Source: Candidatus Bathyarchaeia archaeon
GTDB lineage: Archaea > Thermoproteota > Bathyarchaeia > 40CM-2-53-6
Direction: 5' to 3'
Length of the DNA: 64,000 nucleotides
Assembly (NCBI GenBank): GCA_049517415.1
Contig: JBEKSC010000002.1
Coordinates: forward strand, 1-64,000
The position numbers were made by a program, and so were the translations under genes. Position 1 is the first letter of the stretch; the number at the start of each line of letters is the position of its first letter. Shown here one piece after another: positions 59,725 through 64,000 of this stretch. Under the pieces are notes generated by a model, which did not search any database, was not told the DNA's origin, and saw only the letters and a list, made by a program, of their open reading frames with translations.

Positions 59725-60438
59725 TCACGAAGCCAGCACGCCCAAGTAAAGCCTTCCAAGCTCTTTGTGTTCTAGGAGTTCACGAGCAGTTCCTTCAAAA
59801 GCATTTTTGCCGCCAACGAGCAGATAAGCAACGTCACCAATCTCCAAGGCGCGCCTTGCGTTTTGTTCTGCAAGGAGAATGGTTAAGCCGATGTCTTTGG
59901 CAAGCGACGAAATGAGGTTTAGGACCTGTGTTGCAATTTTGGGCGCCAAATTTGCGGTCGGTTCATCGAACATCATTATGTTCGGTTCCCTTATGAGCGC
60001 TAAGGCCATTGCGAGCATCTGCCGCTCTCCGCCACTAAGGCTAAACGCTTTTGTGTTCGTGTACGCTGAAAGCTGTGGAAAGAGTTGGAAGATCCTCTTT
60101 AGTCTCGTCCGATAGTCATTCTGGTTAATCGTGTACCCCGCGAGTCTCAGGTTCTCCGTTATGGTAAGGTTCGTGAATACGTTGTCAGTCTGGGGGAGAA
60201 AAGCGATACCACTCCTGGCGATTTTATGGGAAGCCAAGCCGGTGATCTCCTGCCCGTTATGCTTTACAGTCCCCTCGTAAACAGTCGTGAGGCCCGCGAT
60301 CGTCTTCAGGAGTGTGCTCTTCCCTGAGCCGTTCGGGCCGACGATGACCGTGATCTCTCTGGGTTTGGCCGTGAGTGTGACGCCGTTCAGAATTTGCAGT
60401 TTCCCGTAGCCAGCGAAGATGTTTTTAACATTTAGCAA
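59725..60438 (-). CDS. livF: branched-chain amino acid ABC ATPase
   Basis: GPNGSGKST, LSGGERQMLA, EQNA. Confidence 0.92.
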   Translation of the reverse strand: MLNVKNIFAGYGKLQILNGVTLTAKPREITVIVGPNGSGKSTLLKTIAGLTTVYEGTVKHNGQEITGLASHKIARSGIAFLPQTDNVFTNLTITENLRLAGYTINQNDYRTRLKRIFQLFPQLSAYTNTKAFSLSGGERQMLAMALALIREPNIMMFDEPTANLAPKIATQVLNLISSLAKDIGLTILLAEQNARRALEIGDVAYLLVGGKNAFEGTARELLEHKELGRLYLGVLAS

Positions 60439-60441
60439 TTT

Positions 60442-61206
60442 TCACGCGCCCAAGTATGCTTCGATTACTTTGGGATCGTTGATGACTTGTTGGGGCGGGC
60501 CGGCTGCAAGAAGCTTACCCGAAGCCATCGCGTTCACGTAATCGACGTATTTGAGAGCGATGTCGAGTCTGTGCTCGACAATGAAGAAGGTTATTCCATA
60601 TTGTTCCCTCAGCCGAATAATTCTTGCGAATATTTCATGGGCTAAGGTTGGGTTTACTCCTGACACCGGCTCGTCGAGCAGGTACAGGTTGGCGTCACTC
60701 ATCAGGGCTCTCCCAATTTCCACTAGCTTCATTTGTCCACCGCTCAGGAGCGAAGCCGGGGTGCTCAATTGCTCGGACATCCCAAGCAATTCCAGTATTT
60801 TCGTCGCTTTCTCAATAGCGCCTGTTTCGTGTTTTACCCAAAGCCGTTTGACCATCGACTTCGCGAATGATTCTCCGGGATGATTCTTCTCAGCGACAAG
60901 TAAGTTCTCGAGCACTGTTAGCTTGCCGAACATCGAGGGTATCTGGAAAGTCCTTGCGATGCCCGTTCCGTAGACCTGCTGGGGCGACCATCCAGTTATC
61001 TCTGTTGAGCCATAGTAAATCTGCCCTTCGTCTGGTTTCTGGAAGCCCGTGATAACATTGATCAATGTAGTTTTTCCCGAACCGTTTGGCCCGATGAGAA
61101 TGGTCACTGTCTTCTCGTCTACGTTGAGTGTCACTCCGTCTAAGGCGTGAAGATTACCGAATGACCTCTTTACGTCCTTGACCTGCAACAGGCTGCCCAT
61201 TTCCAA
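60442..61206 (-). CDS. livG: branched-chain amino acid ABC ATPase
   Basis: GPNGSGKTT, ARTFQ, LSGGQ, VIEAYLG. Confidence 0.92.
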   Translation of the reverse strand: MEMGSLLQVKDVKRSFGNLHALDGVTLNVDEKTVTILIGPNGSGKTTLINVITGFQKPDEGQIYYGSTEITGWSPQQVYGTGIARTFQIPSMFGKLTVLENLLVAEKNHPGESFAKSMVKRLWVKHETGAIEKATKILELLGMSEQLSTPASLLSGGQMKLVEIGRALMSDANLYLLDEPVSGVNPTLAHEIFARIIRLREQYGITFFIVEHRLDIALKYVDYVNAMASGKLLAAGPPQQVINDPKVIEAYLGA

Positions 61207-61207
61207 A

Positions 61208-62236
61208 TCACTTCTTTGCCTGGACGGCTGCAGGTTCCCTCTGCCAGGTTCGGACGATGCCTTCGGGCCTATAGATGAGAATGAGGATCGTTATGAAGCC
61301 GAGTAGGAGATAATTCAGCCAAATTATGTTGAATGGCAGAATCCCAGCAAAGGCATACTTGTAGTAGAGGATTAGCTTGTCCAGAGCGACAAAAATGAAG
61401 GTGCCCACGAAAGCCCCTCTGTTGCTTCCCATTCCACCGATCAAGATCATAAGCCAAGGCAGAAACGTCCAGTCAAATCTCGCATAAGTGGGCGTTACGG
61501 CGCCGCTGTACATAACCCAGAGGCTTCCAGCAATGCCGCACAATGTTGAGCCAATCAATATCGCGACTGTTCTGTATCGAGTGATGTCTTTACCAAGCGA
61601 CCTCGCCACGATCTCGTTGTCCCGAATGGCTCTCAGAGTCCTTCCAAGAGGCGTTTTGATGAGATAACCTGCGTAGGCAAAGATTGCGATTGCTACGACG
61701 AGGAGCACGAAGGTTCCCGCGTAGAACCTGTACTGCCCTGCCCACCCTAGGACGTCTGGTACGCTAACCCCAGGCGGCCCACCTATGAGAGGCGTGTACC
61801 CTATTCCTATGACGTTTAGTATCTCTCCGAAAGCCAGAAGCGTGATCGCCAAATAATCCTCCCGGAGTCTAACGGCAGGCGCTGAGGAAATCAGACCCAT
61901 CGCCGCACCCGCTACGCCTCCAACCATTAGGAACAAAACCAGAAATGCGATGGCTATGAAAGGCTGCGATATTAGAATGGGATTGATAATCGCTAACACT
62001 GAAACATTATTGAGAATGGGATTCAAGTTCGTTCGTACACCTAGAAGACTCAAAGCGAGTCTTGTTGAGAGGCCACCTGTGAAGTAGGCCCCACCTGCGA
62101 CTGCGAAGAGAATGCCGAAATTAGGTATCCCGGTTATGCCCTCTTGCAAGTTGAGGCCTATGTTGATGATTAGATAGACCGCGAACAATGCCAAAAGGTC
62201 TGTTGTGAATAGGATGAGTTGGTCTAGCGCTGACAC
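61208..62236 (-). CDS. livM: branched-chain amino acid ABC permease
   Basis: RLREDYLAITLLAFGE, GRTLRAIRDNE. Confidence 0.92.
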   Translation of the reverse strand: MSALDQLILFTTDLLALFAVYLIINIGLNLQEGITGIPNFGILFAVAGGAYFTGGLSTRLALSLLGVRTNLNPILNNVSVLAIINPILISQPFIAIAFLVLFLMVGGVAGAAMGLISSAPAVRLREDYLAITLLAFGEILNVIGIGYTPLIGGPPGVSVPDVLGWAGQYRFYAGTFVLLVVAIAIFAYAGYLIKTPLGRTLRAIRDNEIVARSLGKDITRYRTVAILIGSTLCGIAGSLWVMYSGAVTPTYARFDWTFLPWLMILIGGMGSNRGAFVGTFIFVALDKLILYYKYAFAGILPFNIIWLNYLLLGFITILILIYRPEGIVRTWQREPAAVQAKK

Positions 62237-63144
62237 TACTTACCCCTCCGAACTCGAAGGCCTGCGAGCCCTCGAGGCGCAACTATCAAGGTGACCGAGA
62301 GCACTATGAGTGGGATAATGGGTTCGTAGAATGAAATCCAAGGACCAATCATTGAGGCTAGCACCGACGTGCCGACCACGTCGACCAAACCTAGCAGGAG
62401 GCCTCCCAATACGGCGCCGTATATCTGCTCAAGGCCCCCAACTATACTGGCGCAGAAAATGCTGGCCAGTAGGATTGTTCCGATGTCTGGGTTGATCTCA
62501 GTCCATAGCGGAATTAGGGATCCCGCAATTCCTGCGAGTCCTCCAGCGATGAACCAGGACACGGCTAGCATCAAGCTTACGTTGATGCCAATTGCTTCTG
62601 ATAGAGAGGGGTTCTCCATCGACGCCCTCAACGCTATGCCCAACGTGGTAAAGTTCAGAAGCAGGTACATGGCTGCCGAACAGACGGCTAGTGTTCCGAG
62701 CGCAACAAAAAGTATTCCCGGCTCGCCCAAGAACTTGAAGTCTAATACACTTAACAGAACATCGCGTGACGGAACCCTGTAAGCAGTGTTCAGGTAGTCA
62801 GCGTGTATGTTCGTGACACCAAGCAATATGATATCAAATGCTAGAGTTGCAATCATCAACATGACGGTAGATGAGTTCCTCCTCCTCATCGGTTCCAGAA
62901 CCCCATAGAACAGCAACAAACCCACGAGGCCTACCACAACGAAAGCAACTGGAACGCCAACATACGGGTTCGGACTCAGTACGATAGTTAGCGTGTATGT
63001 GACGTAGGCACCGACCGTCACGAAGGATGCGTGTGCGAAGTTTGCAACCTTCGTCGTCCTGTATAACAGAGTAACTCCCAGCGCCATAAGCGACAGAAGC
63101 GCTGAGTAGGTGAGCCAACTCACAATAGTCGGCAACATTTCCAT
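62236..63144 (-). CDS. livH: branched-chain amino acid ABC permease
   Basis: ALGVTL...NFAH, GIALRASMEN, PRGL. Confidence 0.92.
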   Translation of the reverse strand: MEMLPTIVSWLTYSALLSLMALGVTLLYRTTKVANFAHASFVTVGAYVTYTLTIVLSPNPYVGVPVAFVVVGLVGLLLFYGVLEPMRRRNSSTVMLMIATLAFDIILLGVTNIHADYLNTAYRVPSRDVLLSVLDFKFLGEPGILFVALGTLAVCSAAMYLLLNFTTLGIALRASMENPSLSEAIGINVSLMLAVSWFIAGGLAGIAGSLIPLWTEINPDIGTILLASIFCASIVGGLEQIYGAVLGGLLLGLVDVVGTSVLASMIGPWISFYEPIIPLIVLSVTLIVAPRGLAGLRVRRGK

Positions 63145-63364
63145 AGCTCAGTCAACCCATTCCTAACCCGAGCTTCATGCCTTTTCCTAAGGCCACCTCT
63201 TAGAGGTCACGCATCAACACCTTTCTTGCAATTAAGATCTCTCAGAGTTCATACGTAATTTTCAGTGCGCCCCCAGGAGTTCGCGCCGACATGACGCATG
63301 ATTATCTCGATCAGAGTCACATCCGTAAGGAAAGATTAGAAAAAAGGAGAGAGGGGTTGTGAGG

Positions 63365-64000
63365 TTAAAGTTGTACCAGCCACGTTACCTGTTGGGTTAG
63401 TGAGGAATAGGTGGCAACCCTTTGCCAATTGCTTTGAACCACGGCCCAGAACTCCATGTCCATGGTCACTCTGTCTCCATCCGAGTTGAGTTCAGTGTTG
63501 CCTGTGGCACCCCAGTATTTTGCTGCTACCGTCGGAATTGCGGCCTTGATCGCGTCACTGTCGTATTTGCCAGCGTTGAGAATTGCGAGGGCCGCTATCC
63601 AAGCTGCGTCGTAGGTGGCCAGCGCGTAGATGTCCGGTTGCTGCCCAATCGCAGCTTGAACTTCGGTGTTCAGGGCCAGATGCTTAGAAGTCAGTGGCGC
63701 CATGAGTTGTACGGATATTAGATTTACCTTTGTCGCTATAGCTCCAGCGTTCTGGATGATTACGGTGTCCTGCGACAACGTATCAGGGCCAAACCACGTT
63801 AGCGTGAGCAGCGGACTATTCCTGGTGTTGGCTTGGGACAGCATTGTAGCAACGTCTTCCCACATGTTGGCAAAGATTGCAACAGGCGTCTTGGCGGCCA
63901 GGAGAGGGGCAACTTGCTGTTCAAGTGTGTTGAGTACGACAGTGAAATCTGTCGTAGTTGGATAAGCGTAGGTTATGTCCGCTACCAAGTTTCCTCCAGC
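63365..64000 (-). CDS. periplasmic-binding protein type 1 (LivK-like), 5' end beyond the window
   Basis: YDAAW, GATGNTELNSDGDR; upstream of livH. Confidence 0.85.
   Translation of the reverse strand, partial: AGGNLVADITYAYPTTTDFTVVLNTLEQQVAPLLAAKTPVAIFANMWEDVATMLSQANTRNSPLLTLTWFGPDTLSQDTVIIQNAGAIATKVNLISVQLMAPLTSKHLALNTEVQAAIGQQPDIYALATYDAAWIAALAILNAGKYDSDAIKAAIPTVAAKYWGATGNTELNSDGDRVTMDMEFWAVVQSNWQRVATYSSLTQQVTWLVQL

Noticed and set aside
1..64000. Transposase, integrase, provirus or rRNA
   Set aside because: No such ORFs or sequences were recognised in the window

Overview
Archaeal chromosome segment of TACK type (unsplit Rpo2 and fused Rpo1N+C in an rpo5-rpo2-rpo1-rpl30e-nusA operon; a Bathyarchaeia/Nitrososphaeria-like lineage is an inference). 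It is mostly metabolic and housekeeping genes: Fe-S assembly (Rieske ferredoxin-SufS-SufU), SOD, an ArsR-DsrE-TusA-SQR-OsmC sulfur-handling operon plus a second SQR-like gene, acyl-CoA metabolism, citrate synthase, HisRS, two HtrA proteases, two YbaK/ProX editing proteins, a Liv-type ABC transporter and a VapBC pair. The outstanding feature is six CCA-encoding tRNA genes, all interrupted, carrying 17 bulge-helix-bulge (BHB) introns that I resolved by hand: tRNA-Lys(UUU) and tRNA-Tyr(GUA) have four introns each, Arg(CCU) and Leu(UAA) three each, Arg(UCG) two, and Asp(GUC) one in the 3' strand of the acceptor stem (68/69). Removing the introns gives normal cloverleaves in every case. Exons as short as 6-7 nt and overlapping BHB helices imply ordered splicing. 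A non-catalytic-looking tRNA splicing endonuclease subunit lies in the same window. There are also degenerate repeats derived from tRNA 3' ends and several gene fragments. All calls come from reading motifs by eye; no database search was run.
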